This document shows, piece by piece, positions 7,196 to 15,991 of a DNA stretch of 34,852 bases; position 1 is the stretch's first letter, and each line of letters starts with the position of its first letter. The notes beneath the pieces were generated by a model. The model saw only the letters and a list, made by a program, of their open reading frames with translations, made no database searches and had not been told where the DNA came from. The DNA comes from a virus. The position numbers were made by a program, and so were the translations under genes. The stretch is taken from IMG/VR virus record IMGVR_UViG_3300026985_000012, positions 1 to 34,852 of that record. One strand, given 5' to 3'.

Positions 7196-8455
7196 ATGCC
7201 AGTCCAGCGAGACGAACAGCGCTTCGAGAAGCGAGTCGACTACCTCGCCAAGGACTCCGACAACCGGACGGCCACCGGCGTCGTCATGGTCCCGAACACG
7301 GTCGACCATCACGGCGACTGGGGGCGCCCCGAGACGATCGAGACGTTCGCGACCCAGTTCGGCGCGTTCATGGACGTCGAGGAGGCCGACGGCGGCGTCA
7401 TGCACGCCGTCTGGCCCTCCGACTGGATGACGCTCGAACGGAACGAGATCCTCACCGAGGCCGAAGAAATCGGCGGGGACACCGTCGACGCCGGCGCGTG
7501 GGTCCAGACCTGGGCGTACCACGACGACGAGCTGTGGAGCCTCGTCGAGGACAACGTTCTCGGCGGCCACTCCATCGGCGCGATCAACGTCAAATGGGAC
7601 TACGTCGGGGACGATCCCGGCGAACTCCCTGACGGCGTCACTGTCCCTGACGAGGTCGACGTCAACGAGTACTGGGAGCTGACCGACGGGATCGTCCAAG
7701 AGGTCAGCGCCGTCGACTTCCCTGCGGTCCCGGACGCCCAGATCCTCTCGACGTCGAAGGCGCGGGCGGCGACTGCAGAGAAGCGCCTCGCCGACCACCT
7801 CGGAAACCCCGAAGGGTTCATCGAGGAGGCGATGGACCGCGGCCACTCCGAGGAGGAAGCCGAGCGGATGTGGGACGTCCTCGACCGCGCGGTCAGCGTG
7901 GACGGCGCCGGCGAGCCCGGCGCGAAGAGCAAGCTGACCAGCGCGGCGACGGCGTTCCTCAACCGGCTCGCAGGGTCCGATGACGACACCGGGTCTGAGG
8001 CCTTGGGCGACGGCGCGCGGACACAGGCTGACAAGGACGCTACCGGCGGCGACACGCCGGACGACACTACCAACATGAGCAACGACGATCCGATGGCCGA
8101 CGCCCCGCCGTGGGCGAAGGCCCTGGACGACCGCATCGACTCCCTCGAGTCTGAGAAGGACGCCGGCGAGGGCAGCAACGACGATCCGATGGCCGACGCG
8201 CCGGAGTGGGCAAAGGACCTCTCCGACCGCATCGACGAAGTCGAGGCCGAGGCAACGACAGATGACAAGCCCGAGTGGGCGAAGAGCCTCGAGCAGCGCG
8301 TCGACGACATCAGCAAGCAGACCGGCGCGACCGAGAGCCAGCAGCTCAACGGCGCGGAGAAGGGCGGCGACGGCGACGGTGTCGACGAGCGCTCGGCGTT
8401 CTTCACCCCGCAGTCGAAGATGCACGAACTGGCTGACAGCCGCGGAGGGCGGTGA
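7196..8455 (+). CDS. Prohead protease (XkdF-like) fused to scaffolding region
   Basis: Between portal and capsid; ATGVVMVPNTVDHHGD, MHA, GHSIG, EVSAVDFPA motifs; helical repeat-containing C-terminal third. Confidence 0.85.
   Translation: MPVQRDEQRFEKRVDYLAKDSDNRTATGVVMVPNTVDHHGDWGRPETIETFATQFGAFMDVEEADGGVMHAVWPSDWMTLERNEILTEAEEIGGDTVDAGAWVQTWAYHDDELWSLVEDNVLGGHSIGAINVKWDYVGDDPGELPDGVTVPDEVDVNEYWELTDGIVQEVSAVDFPAVPDAQILSTSKARAATAEKRLADHLGNPEGFIEEAMDRGHSEEEAERMWDVLDRAVSVDGAGEPGAKSKLTSAATAFLNRLAGSDDDTGSEALGDGARTQADKDATGGDTPDDTTNMSNDDPMADAPPWAKALDDRIDSLESEKDAGEGSNDDPMADAPEWAKDLSDRIDEVEAEATTDDKPEWAKSLEQRVDDISKQTGATESQQLNGAEKGGDGDGVDERSAFFTPQSKMHELADSRGGR
8078..8199 (+). repeat. 26-nt exact direct repeat at a 96-nt period (scaffold repeat)
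   Basis: AGCAACGACGATCCGATGGCCGACGC at 8078-8103 and 8174-8199; protein SNDDPMADAP(P/E)WAK, third degenerate copy DDKPEWAK. Confidence 0.9.
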
Positions 8456-8461
8456 TATACC

Positions 8462-9433
8462 ATGAGTACTGATAACTACGGCGGCATGACGGGCGTGCGG
8501 AAGTCGAACGAGGGCGTTCTGAAGGACGTCGCGCCGGGCGACCTCTCCGGCGGCGTGATGCCGCGGGACCTGTTCGAGGACTGGTACCAGCGGGTCCAGG
8601 ACACCTCGCAGCTGCTGAGCATGGTCCGGACGGAGGTTCTCCCCCGGCCCAAGATGGAGCTCGCGCGGATCGGCGTCGGCGAGCGGATGCGGCGCGGCGC
8701 CGGCACCGAGGAAGGGACCAGCGGTGGCTCCGCGGAAGTCACCACGGACGGCATCGAGATGGATGCCGAGAAGGGTGTCCTCTCGTGGGACCTCCCGCGT
8801 GAGACCGTCGAGGACACCATCGGGCAGGTCGACGAGATCGTGCTCGACAAGATGGCCAACCAGTGGTCCGTCGACACGCAGGACCTGGGAATCAACGGCG
8901 ACACCGCCGACGCCTCTGGGGGCGACTCGCAGGCGTTCCTCACACAGAACGACGGCTGGCTGAAGCTCCTCAACGACCGGACTGACACGAACACCTACGA
9001 CCACGCCGGCGGCGCCATCGACACGTCGCTGTTCCACGAGGCACGGGCAGCGCTGCCGAACAAGTTCAAGCGCTCGGCTGAGGTGCAGGAGCCGGTCTAC
9101 ATGATGAACCTCTCGCAGATCGAGAGCTGGGAGTACAAGCTGACCCAGCGCGAGGACCCGCTCGGTGCGGCCGTCATCTTCTCGGACGATGACCTCACGC
9201 CGTTCAACTACGACGTCTACGGGTTCGCTGGGTGGCCCGAGGGCACGGCGCTGTTCACCTACCCCGAGAACCTCATCTACGGCGTCTGGCGAGACACCGA
9301 GGTCGAGGTGCTCGACGCGACGGACAAGACCGCCGAGAACGACCTGTGGGCCCGCTACTTCATGCGGACTCGCGACGACTTCCAGGTCGAAGATGAGGAG
9401 GGCGCGGTCCTCATCAACAACGTGGCCGTCTGA
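8462..9433 (+). CDS. Major capsid protein (HK97 fold)
   Basis: Position, 323 aa, GGVMPRDLFEDW, DLGINGD, NDGWLK motifs; SD-like GGAGGGCGGTGA upstream. Confidence 0.9.
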   Translation: MSTDNYGGMTGVRKSNEGVLKDVAPGDLSGGVMPRDLFEDWYQRVQDTSQLLSMVRTEVLPRPKMELARIGVGERMRRGAGTEEGTSGGSAEVTTDGIEMDAEKGVLSWDLPRETVEDTIGQVDEIVLDKMANQWSVDTQDLGINGDTADASGGDSQAFLTQNDGWLKLLNDRTDTNTYDHAGGAIDTSLFHEARAALPNKFKRSAEVQEPVYMMNLSQIESWEYKLTQREDPLGAAVIFSDDDLTPFNYDVYGFAGWPEGTALFTYPENLIYGVWRDTEVEVLDATDKTAENDLWARYFMRTRDDFQVEDEEGAVLINNVAV

Positions 9434-9444
9434 GGTGTCTACTG

Positions 9445-9831
9445 ATGGCACGAGTGCGGTACACGGCTGACGGTGGGCACTACCGCGTCGGGGGTCACGG
9501 GTTCGACCCCGGCGACGAGAAAACGGTCGACGCGGAGCTGGCGGAGTACCTCGCTGATGTCGACGACTTCGAGGTGATCGACAGGGGTGACGCCCCCGAC
9601 CAGGAAGACGAACCGCCTGACGAGTCCGCCGCGGACGACGATGCAGAGGCTGAGGCAGAGCCCAACGAGTTCGACGTCGGGGCGTTCCTCGATCGGACGC
9701 CGGTCGAGGACGTCGCCGACGACATTCGCGCCGGCGAGGCCGACGAGCACCTGGAGGCCATCGACGAGGCGGCCTCGAGGGTGACCGTCCAGGACGCGAT
9801 CGGCGAGCGCCGGGCCGAGCTGGAGGGGTAA
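9445..9831 (+). CDS. Head-associated protein
   Basis: GAGGTG SD; small beta N-domain, acidic linker, helical C-domain; directly after capsid. Confidence 0.75.
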   Translation: MARVRYTADGGHYRVGGHGFDPGDEKTVDAELAEYLADVDDFEVIDRGDAPDQEDEPPDESAADDDAEAEAEPNEFDVGAFLDRTPVEDVADDIRAGEADEHLEAIDEAASRVTVQDAIGERRAELEG

Positions 9832-9834
9832 CTG

Positions 9835-10143
9835 ATGCCCTCTTGGTACGCGAGTGCCATCCTCGCTGACTCGAAGGCGTTCGGCGCTGCCGAGACGGCG
9901 ACTGCCGATGTCTCGCAGTTTCACACGCCGGCCATCTGTGTCGCTCTCGAGGGTCTCGGCGGGAGTGCCGAGGACACACTCACCATCGAGATCGTGGGCG
10001 ACGCCGGGACCTACGAGGTCGACAGCCGGACGCTCTCGGCGGCCGGGAGCTACGTCGTCGACGTCCCGCAGGCGGACGAGGTGCGGCTGACGAGTGCGAA
10101 CGGCACGACCATCTCGGCGGAAGCGCGGAACAACCCGAGGTAA
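9835..10143 (+). CDS. Hypothetical virion protein (beta-rich)
   Basis: In head-neck operon, halophilic composition. Confidence 0.7.
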   Translation: MPSWYASAILADSKAFGAAETATADVSQFHTPAICVALEGLGGSAEDTLTIEIVGDAGTYEVDSRTLSAAGSYVVDVPQADEVRLTSANGTTISAEARNNPR

Positions 10144-10149
10144 CACCAC

Positions 10150-10893
10150 ATGCCCACAGGGTACTGCACGCTCGAGGACCTCCGCCGCGCGCTGCGGGAG
10201 GCTGACCTCCCGGGCGACGTCGCGCAGGACGAACGGATCGCCGTCGACGCGATCGTGGCGGAGACCGAGCCGCTGCAGAAGTCACTCAAGCGGCACTGGT
10301 ACGCGGCCCAGGGCGACGACATCCTCGACGAGGCGACGGCGATCGACATCCCGACGACGCCCAACACACGGGACGACGAGTACGACATCCCGACCGGCGC
10401 CGCCCAGCTCGTCGGCGAGCCCGCGACGCCGAAGACGTCGCAGGGCGACTACGCGAAGATCGACCTTGCACGGCGTGACGCCGACGCTGTCGGCGCGCTC
10501 CACGTCCGCACGGAGGACGGCACCTACGAGGACTGGGTGGCGAGCGACGACTACACGGAGGGCTCGTGGCCGCCCTCGAGCGAGGACTACTACCTCCGAG
10601 TCAACAACGGCGGCTGGTCGCGGCTCTACCTCGACACGACGAACTTCCTCGAGGAGGGCGAGGACGACGAGTACGTCCTCGACAGCTGGGCGAACGCGAT
10701 CTACATGGAGTTCGACTACGGCCACGAGGGCATCCCGCGGAACGTCCGCCGGGCGGTCGCCCTGCGCGCCGGCGCCGAGCTCGTCGAGGAGGCCGTCATC
10801 GAGGTTCCCTCGAACACGACGCTGTACAACGTCGAGACGAAAGCCGACAAGATGCGCTCGAAGGCTGACGAGCTCCTCGAGGTGTACCGATGA
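10150..10893 (+). CDS. Head-tail adaptor (gp6/gp15-like)
   Basis: N-terminal GYCTLEDLRRAL and C-terminal YGHEGIPRNVRRAVAL are typical of connectors. Confidence 0.75.
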   Translation: MPTGYCTLEDLRRALREADLPGDVAQDERIAVDAIVAETEPLQKSLKRHWYAAQGDDILDEATAIDIPTTPNTRDDEYDIPTGAAQLVGEPATPKTSQGDYAKIDLARRDADAVGALHVRTEDGTYEDWVASDDYTEGSWPPSSEDYYLRVNNGGWSRLYLDTTNFLEEGEDDEYVLDSWANAIYMEFDYGHEGIPRNVRRAVALRAGAELVEEAVIEVPSNTTLYNVETKADKMRSKADELLEVYR

Positions 10894-11204
10894 GCGACTC
10901 TGACGACACCACTGACGAGAAGCCTGACCTCGCCGAGATGGGCTCCAACCGCGACGGCGACGTCGACGAGGAGACGGCCGGCACCACCGAGGCGGACTAC
11001 CGGTGGCGCTGGCTGTCGACGATCTGGGCGCTCGCCTACGGGCTGGGCTTCCCGGTCTGGGCGCTGGTCGTCGGCGTCGACGTCGGCGCCGCGCTCCTGA
11101 GCGCGCTCATCCTCGCGTGGGGCGGCACCGTCGTGTACGTGATCGGCCCCGAGAACGTCCGCGCGTGGCAGGAACTCCGCGGCGGCACAAGCGGGGGTAA
11201 GTGA
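10890..11204 (+). CDS. Membrane protein, two TM helices (holin-like)
   Basis: WLSTIWALAYGLGFPVWALVVG and ALLSALILAWGGTVVYVIG; acidic N-terminus; overlaps at both ends. Confidence 0.75.
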   Translation: MSDSDDTTDEKPDLAEMGSNRDGDVDEETAGTTEADYRWRWLSTIWALAYGLGFPVWALVVGVDVGAALLSALILAWGGTVVYVIGPENVRAWQELRGGTSGGK

Positions 11205-11665
11205 TGAGCTGGGAAGACGCCGCCGCCGAGGCCGCGCTCGACGAGGCCGCGGTGCAGTACATCGGCGCTGACGGGTTCATCCCGAACGCGATCGAGGCGG
11301 CCCACGAGCGGCTCCGCGAGTACGCCCGCGAGTTCGAGTACCGTGTCGAGAGCGTCATCGACTCGCTCCAGGGCCCGGAGATCATCGAGCAGTCCGACCG
11401 GCACTTCACGATCCGGTTCGGCTGGGACCACGAGGCGGCGCCGTACCTGGAGTGGGGGACGTCGGACCACACGATCGAGGGGAACCCGATCCTCTCGTTC
11501 ATCTGGGAGGACCGCCACGACCCGCCGGACTGGGTCGCCGAGGAGTACGAGCGCGAGGGCGGCGGCTACCGTGTCTTCTTGCCAGAGGTCGAGGTCGCCG
11601 GCGTTCGCGAGACGCGCTTCGCGAGGCACGCCCTCGACTGGCTGAGGCGTGAGGTGGCGTCGTGA
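11204..11665 (+). CDS. HK97 gp10-like neck/tail-completion protein
   Basis: AAPYLEWGT motif and C-terminal ETRFARHAL; neck position. Confidence 0.7.
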   Translation: MSWEDAAAEAALDEAAVQYIGADGFIPNAIEAAHERLREYAREFEYRVESVIDSLQGPEIIEQSDRHFTIRFGWDHEAAPYLEWGTSDHTIEGNPILSFIWEDRHDPPDWVAEEYEREGGGYRVFLPEVEVAGVRETRFARHALDWLRREVAS

Positions 11666-12183
11666 CGGCACCCGAGACGCAGTGGGTGTTCGACACGCTC
11701 GCGTCGATCACTGACGGCACAGCGCTCGCGTGGGGCTCCGTGGCCGACGTCGCCGACGGCGCCGTCCCGGTCCGCCGGGTCGACCGCAACGAGTCGGCGA
11801 TCTACGACGGCAGCGGCATCCGGGAGCGGAAGGGCGACTTGATGAAGTCGAACTACATCAGCGCCGCGCTCGTCGACGACGACGAGTCGCACGGCGGGTT
11901 CGGCGACGAGTACAACGCCGAGGCCATCGTCTCGCTGCGCGTCGAGGGACTCACCCATCGCGAGCACGGGCACATCGACCCGGACGGCAACGACGGAATC
12001 GACTTCACCACGTTCTACGGGCTGGTCCGCGACGAGCTCCAGGCGAACGACGAGCACCCGGCTGTGGCCGGCCGCGGCTACCACACGCTGTTCCTCGACA
12101 ACGGGACGAACCGGAGCCGGGACTACGCCGACTTCTACGACTTCCGCGTCGACGTCCGCTTCGACGGCTTTGCAGACAGCTGA
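11662..12183 (+). CDS. Putative tail terminator
   Basis: GTGA overlap; last gene before the tail tube; 173 aa. Confidence 0.6.
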   Translation: MTAPETQWVFDTLASITDGTALAWGSVADVADGAVPVRRVDRNESAIYDGSGIRERKGDLMKSNYISAALVDDDESHGGFGDEYNAEAIVSLRVEGLTHREHGHIDPDGNDGIDFTTFYGLVRDELQANDEHPAVAGRGYHTLFLDNGTNRSRDYADFYDFRVDVRFDGFADS

Positions 12184-12235
12184 TCACACACCATGATTCC
12201 AACGACCAACACGACTGACGGAGGCGGAGGTACAG

Positions 12236-13195
12236 ATGCCAACTGGCGGTAACGTCGACGTTGCGTTCGTCCACGAGCCGGTCGGCGACTACGGCGCCGA
12301 CCCGACCGACTCGACGTACAAGACGCCGGGACGGAACGGGACGATCGACACGCTGGAGTTCGACAACAACACGACTCGGCAGCGCAACTGGAGCAACGAG
12401 ACCGAGGAGACGGTCGAGGGCGTGTTCGACGGCTCGTTCGACCTCTCGTTCGAGCTCGTCGACCCGTGGTTCCTCAACCAGGTGTTCGGCGCTCCACCGA
12501 CCGCCGGCGGCGAGGCCGAGGCACCCTACTCCTACACGTGGGAGTTCGTCACCGGCGAGATGCAGTCGGCACGGTGGTACGTCGGCGCCGACCTCGTCAA
12601 CGGCTTCGCGGAGCGGGCCCTCGAGGGCGTCGTCTTCAGCCAGATGGACGTCGAGATCTCCATCGGCGACCCCGTGAGCGTCTCGCTGTCTGGCTTCTAC
12701 GCTGACGAGACGCCGAACACGTCGTTCACCCCGGGCACGCAGCCGAAGGTGGACGGGACGCCGCTCATCTTCCACGGCGGCTCGATCAACATCCCGACCG
12801 GGACAGAGATCGTCCGCCCGCAGTCGGCGACGCTGTCGGTCTCGAACGGTGCCCGCCCGCAGCGCGAGTGGGCACGCAGTCCCGCCGCGGCTGTCACGGG
12901 GAACATCGAGCCGACGCTGAACCTGCAGTCGATCGTCACCGAGACTGACCTCCTCGACCTCGGACTCGGCGGAAGTGACGGCGTCGCGACCACCGTCGAC
13001 GGCGCCGCCGACGGCGAGCTCGCCTTCCAGTCGCCCGGTGCGAACTCGCTCACGTTCGACATGAGTGGCATCACCCACTCCACCTACTCGTGGGACAGCA
13101 TCGGCAACGCCGAGGAGGACCTCACCGACGGCAACGATCTCACGATCGACCGGCTGACGGCCGTCGCCGAGGCGGCGGCCGCGGAGGCCAAGTGA
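12236..13195 (+). CDS. Major tail (tube) protein
   Basis: GGAGGT SD; 319 aa beta-rich, PYSYTWEF motif; precedes chaperone and TMP. Confidence 0.85.
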   Translation: MPTGGNVDVAFVHEPVGDYGADPTDSTYKTPGRNGTIDTLEFDNNTTRQRNWSNETEETVEGVFDGSFDLSFELVDPWFLNQVFGAPPTAGGEAEAPYSYTWEFVTGEMQSARWYVGADLVNGFAERALEGVVFSQMDVEISIGDPVSVSLSGFYADETPNTSFTPGTQPKVDGTPLIFHGGSINIPTGTEIVRPQSATLSVSNGARPQREWARSPAAAVTGNIEPTLNLQSIVTETDLLDLGLGGSDGVATTVDGAADGELAFQSPGANSLTFDMSGITHSTYSWDSIGNAEEDLTDGNDLTIDRLTAVAEAAAAEAK

Positions 13196-13740
13196 TGCCC
13201 CGCGACGTCATCGAGCTTGACCTGGAAGAGGAGGCCGACCGGATCGCAGAGCGACTCGACTCGATCGCGACGGCGCAGGTCGACGGCGAGATCACCTCGG
13301 AGCAGGCAGCACAGCTCGCAGGTGGGCCCGAGCAACGGATGTACGCGATCGAGAAGGCGCTCGACGAGTACGGCGCCGATGCAACGTGGTCGATCCGCGC
13401 GTTCACACCGGGGGAGAAGGCAGAGCTCACCGGCCTGATCAGTCGGGCGAAGGAGCAGGCCGACCAGGCGAGTCGCGACGTCGACGTCGAGGCGATGCTC
13501 GACAACTACTGGGCCGGCGCCGGCCTCGTCGACGCGCCGTTCCTCGAGGACGGTGCCGAGCTCCAGCAGCGGATCGCGGCCGTGCGTGACAAGCCGTCGC
13601 CGTACCTCGCGGAGTGGATCGCGAACCGCGTGACCGAGGAGAACACCCTGGGAAACGGGCGGAGGAAGAGCTACTCCGAGCGTGTCGCGGCCGAGAAGCA
13701 GGCCGCGTCGGACGAACCTACCTCGGACGAGCCATCCTGA
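13195..13740 (+). CDS. Tail assembly chaperone (gpG-like)
   Basis: TGATG overlap with tail tube stop; 181 aa acidic helical; slippery site near the 3' end. Confidence 0.8.
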   Translation: MPRDVIELDLEEEADRIAERLDSIATAQVDGEITSEQAAQLAGGPEQRMYAIEKALDEYGADATWSIRAFTPGEKAELTGLISRAKEQADQASRDVDVEAMLDNYWAGAGLVDAPFLEDGAELQQRIAAVRDKPSPYLAEWIANRVTEENTLGNGRRKSYSERVAAEKQAASDEPTSDEPS

Positions 13741-13856
13741 TGTACTGCGGGTTCTCGCCCGCACAGTTCGATGAGTTCAGCTGGCGCGACGTGGAGATCC
13801 TCATGACTGCCTTCCCCTACCTCCAGCATCCGCCTGTCGAGGTGACCGATGACTGA
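13650..13856 (+). other. -1 ribosomal frameshift site G-GGA-AAC and gpGT-like extension
   Basis: X-XXY-YYZ heptamer at 13650-13656 in the chaperone frame; the -1 frame is open to TGA 13854-13856, overlapping the TMP start. Confidence 0.8.
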
Positions 13857-15078
13857 GTTCGAGACCCAGAACACCGTCGACGTCGTCGTCGACGATCGGT
13901 CGCTCACCGAAGCCAAGGCCGACGTCGAGGACGCGCTCTCCTCGGTGCCGCTCGACGTCCAGGCGTCGGTGTCTGGCGGCGGAGGGGGCAGTGAGGTCGC
14001 CGCCCGCGATCGCGCTCGCCAGCGGCAGCTGCTCACGACACAGACCGACTCGATCGACGAGCTCCGTGAGGAGTTCGCGGAGAACGACGTCGAGGGCGAG
14101 TGGCAAGAGCAGCACGCGCTCTCCCGCGAGCGGAATCGGTTGCTCCAGCAGATCGCCGAGAGCATCGACGAGGGGAACTTCGACCGGGCGTCACGCTCCG
14201 GTGGCTCGCTCGGGATGATCATGGGCGGTGGCGCCCTGCTCGGCGTCGGTGCGCTGTCGGGCGTGCTCTCGAGCTTCTCGTGGCCGTCGCTGCCGAAGTT
14301 CGACGCTCCCGACTGGCTGCCGCCGGAGATCGAGAAACCTGGCTGGATACCGATAGGGATCGAAGAGCCATCCGAAGCACCGGTCGAAGATCCGGCGGAG
14401 GCGCCGGTCGCGGATCCAAAGGAGGCTCCTGTTGAAGAGCCAGAAAAGGCAGAGGTCGAGAATCCTCCAAAGGCAGAAGCCGAGAAGCCACCAGACGCAG
14501 AGGTCGCAGAACCAGACTTTAAAGTTCAGGTCGAAGAGCCAGAGGCATCTGGCGAGTCGGCTAGTGAGAGCACCGGGCCGAGTGCGCTGAAAACGATCTT
14601 TGGGCTATCAGCTCTCGGTGCGGGTGGCGCAGGAGCTTACGTACTCCGGAATGCCGGCTCTACAGCAGCAAGAGGGGCTTCCGGCGCTGGCGCGTTCCTC
14701 ACACCCGAGATGACCGGTGCGACCAATCAGGACCAGTTCAACCAGCGACGTCGATCCTTCAACAAGCAAACGCCGGACTGGCTGCAGCTCCCGGAGATGG
14801 AAGGCGAGAATAAATATCCGGGATCGGTGTTCACTGCCGAGGGGAGACAGGCGCAGGTCGAGGGTGTCCGCGAGCTCGTGAGTGCGATCAACGACTTTCG
14901 CGAAGATATTCGCAGCACCCAGGAGGACACGTCTTCGACCCGCAGCACCAACGTCAACGTCGAGAGCAACGTCACGGTCGACGGCGCGACACGGCGTGAG
15001 GTTGAGCGAGCTGCTGAGAGTGCGAAGCAAGAGGCGCTCCGCGATTTCGAGAGGAAGATTAGGAGTCGCCGGCCGTGA
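13849..15078 (+). CDS. Tape measure protein (short, 409 aa)
   Basis: Position after chaperone; coiled-coil N-region, two hydrophobic Gly-rich segments, helical C-end. Confidence 0.7.
   Translation: MTEFETQNTVDVVVDDRSLTEAKADVEDALSSVPLDVQASVSGGGGGSEVAARDRARQRQLLTTQTDSIDELREEFAENDVEGEWQEQHALSRERNRLLQQIAESIDEGNFDRASRSGGSLGMIMGGGALLGVGALSGVLSSFSWPSLPKFDAPDWLPPEIEKPGWIPIGIEEPSEAPVEDPAEAPVADPKEAPVEEPEKAEVENPPKAEAEKPPDAEVAEPDFKVQVEEPEASGESASESTGPSALKTIFGLSALGAGGAGAYVLRNAGSTAARGASGAGAFLTPEMTGATNQDQFNQRRRSFNKQTPDWLQLPEMEGENKYPGSVFTAEGRQAQVEGVRELVSAINDFREDIRSTQEDTSSTRSTNVNVESNVTVDGATRREVERAAESAKQEALRDFERKIRSRRP
14362..14544 (+). repeat. Degenerate 8-aa (24-nt) Pro/Glu repeats within TMP
   Basis: EEPSEAPV/EDPAEAPV/ADPKEAPV/EEPEKAEV/ENPPKAEA/EKPPDAEV/AEPDFKVQV/EEPE; A-rich codons. 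Confidence 0.8.
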
Positions 15079-15256
15079 CGCTGATGGACAGTTTCACGCG
15101 GAGACGCCACAGGTACACCGTGAGTATCAAAATAAACACCGAGGCAATCCCCAACGTGGCGTCTCCTCGGGTGTAGGCGATTGCTGCTGAGGAAGCGAAC
15201 CCCGTTAGTGCAAACAGCTCAACAACCCACTCTCGGGGGTCGTAACCGATGCTCAT
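15059..15256 (-). CDS. Antisense small membrane protein (moron-like); alternative start 15316
   Basis: MSIGYDPREWVVELFALTGFASSAAIAYTRGDATLGIASVFILILTVYLWRLR, two TM helices; fills the 247-nt gap between tail genes. Confidence 0.65.
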   Translation of the reverse strand: MSIGYDPREWVVELFALTGFASSAAIAYTRGDATLGIASVFILILTVYLWRLRVKLSISVTAGDS

Positions 15257-15325
15257 AGGGTCGATGTCGACGGCCGCGAGTAAAGAGGTTCGGGCAAACG
15301 ACGAGCGCGATTCCATTCATACCAC

Positions 15326-15991
15326 ATGACTGACCTACCACCAGCTGACCGCATCGCCACCATTGAGATCGAGGGCGATCCCGACGGTGACGGGCGTCGC
15401 ACTGCCACCTTCCAGCTCTACACTGGCGGCGAGCAGGGGCTGAGCATCAACGAGGAGCAACGCACGGAGGTGCGCGCCACGCCCGGCTCGGCGGCGCTCG
15501 CACTCATCGACGGGACGATCGGCGATTTCGTCGACGCGCCCATCAACAAGGACCTGTTCATCAACTTGGGCAGCTCGCAGTTCGCAGTTACGATCGACTT
15601 CAACAGCTGGGAGGGCGCGACCGGCCCCGAGGGCAACCCACTGCAGTGGGGCGATACGGGCGACCCTGATACGTTCACGAAGAGCGACGCCACGGGCGAG
15701 CACCCGACGCGACAGATAGCCTGCTTCTTCTGGTGGCTGCGCAACACGCGCGTCTCCTCGGTGAGTGGCGAGCTCTTCCCCGGCGCCGGGATCGCCGGCG
15801 ACGGCCCGGCAACACTCAGCTACGGCCAGTACCGCGAGGGCGGCGTGTACGACCCGCTCCAGGTCGTCTTTGAATCACCCGGCGCCGACTTCCCTGGTGA
15901 GTCGATGAGCACGTTCACCGGACAGATCACCTGCATCGAGGCGATCGACGCGGGCGACCCGATCGACGCCGTCGCGAGGACGACCAAATGA
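15326..15991 (+). CDS. Minor tail protein (distal-tail position)
   Basis: First + strand gene after TMP; halophilic composition. Confidence 0.65.
   Translation: MTDLPPADRIATIEIEGDPDGDGRRTATFQLYTGGEQGLSINEEQRTEVRATPGSAALALIDGTIGDFVDAPINKDLFINLGSSQFAVTIDFNSWEGATGPEGNPLQWGDTGDPDTFTKSDATGEHPTRQIACFFWWLRNTRVSSVSGELFPGAGIAGDGPATLSYGQYREGGVYDPLQVVFESPGADFPGESMSTFTGQITCIEAIDAGDPIDAVARTTK

Noticed and set aside
6878-9979. 1033-aa minus-strand ORF (and other long antisense ORFs such as 5430-6644, 12005-13078, 18770-19621)
   Set aside because: Shadow frames of GC-rich, GAC/GAG-biased sense genes; Arg/Val/Leu-rich with no motifs, opposite clear structural genes.
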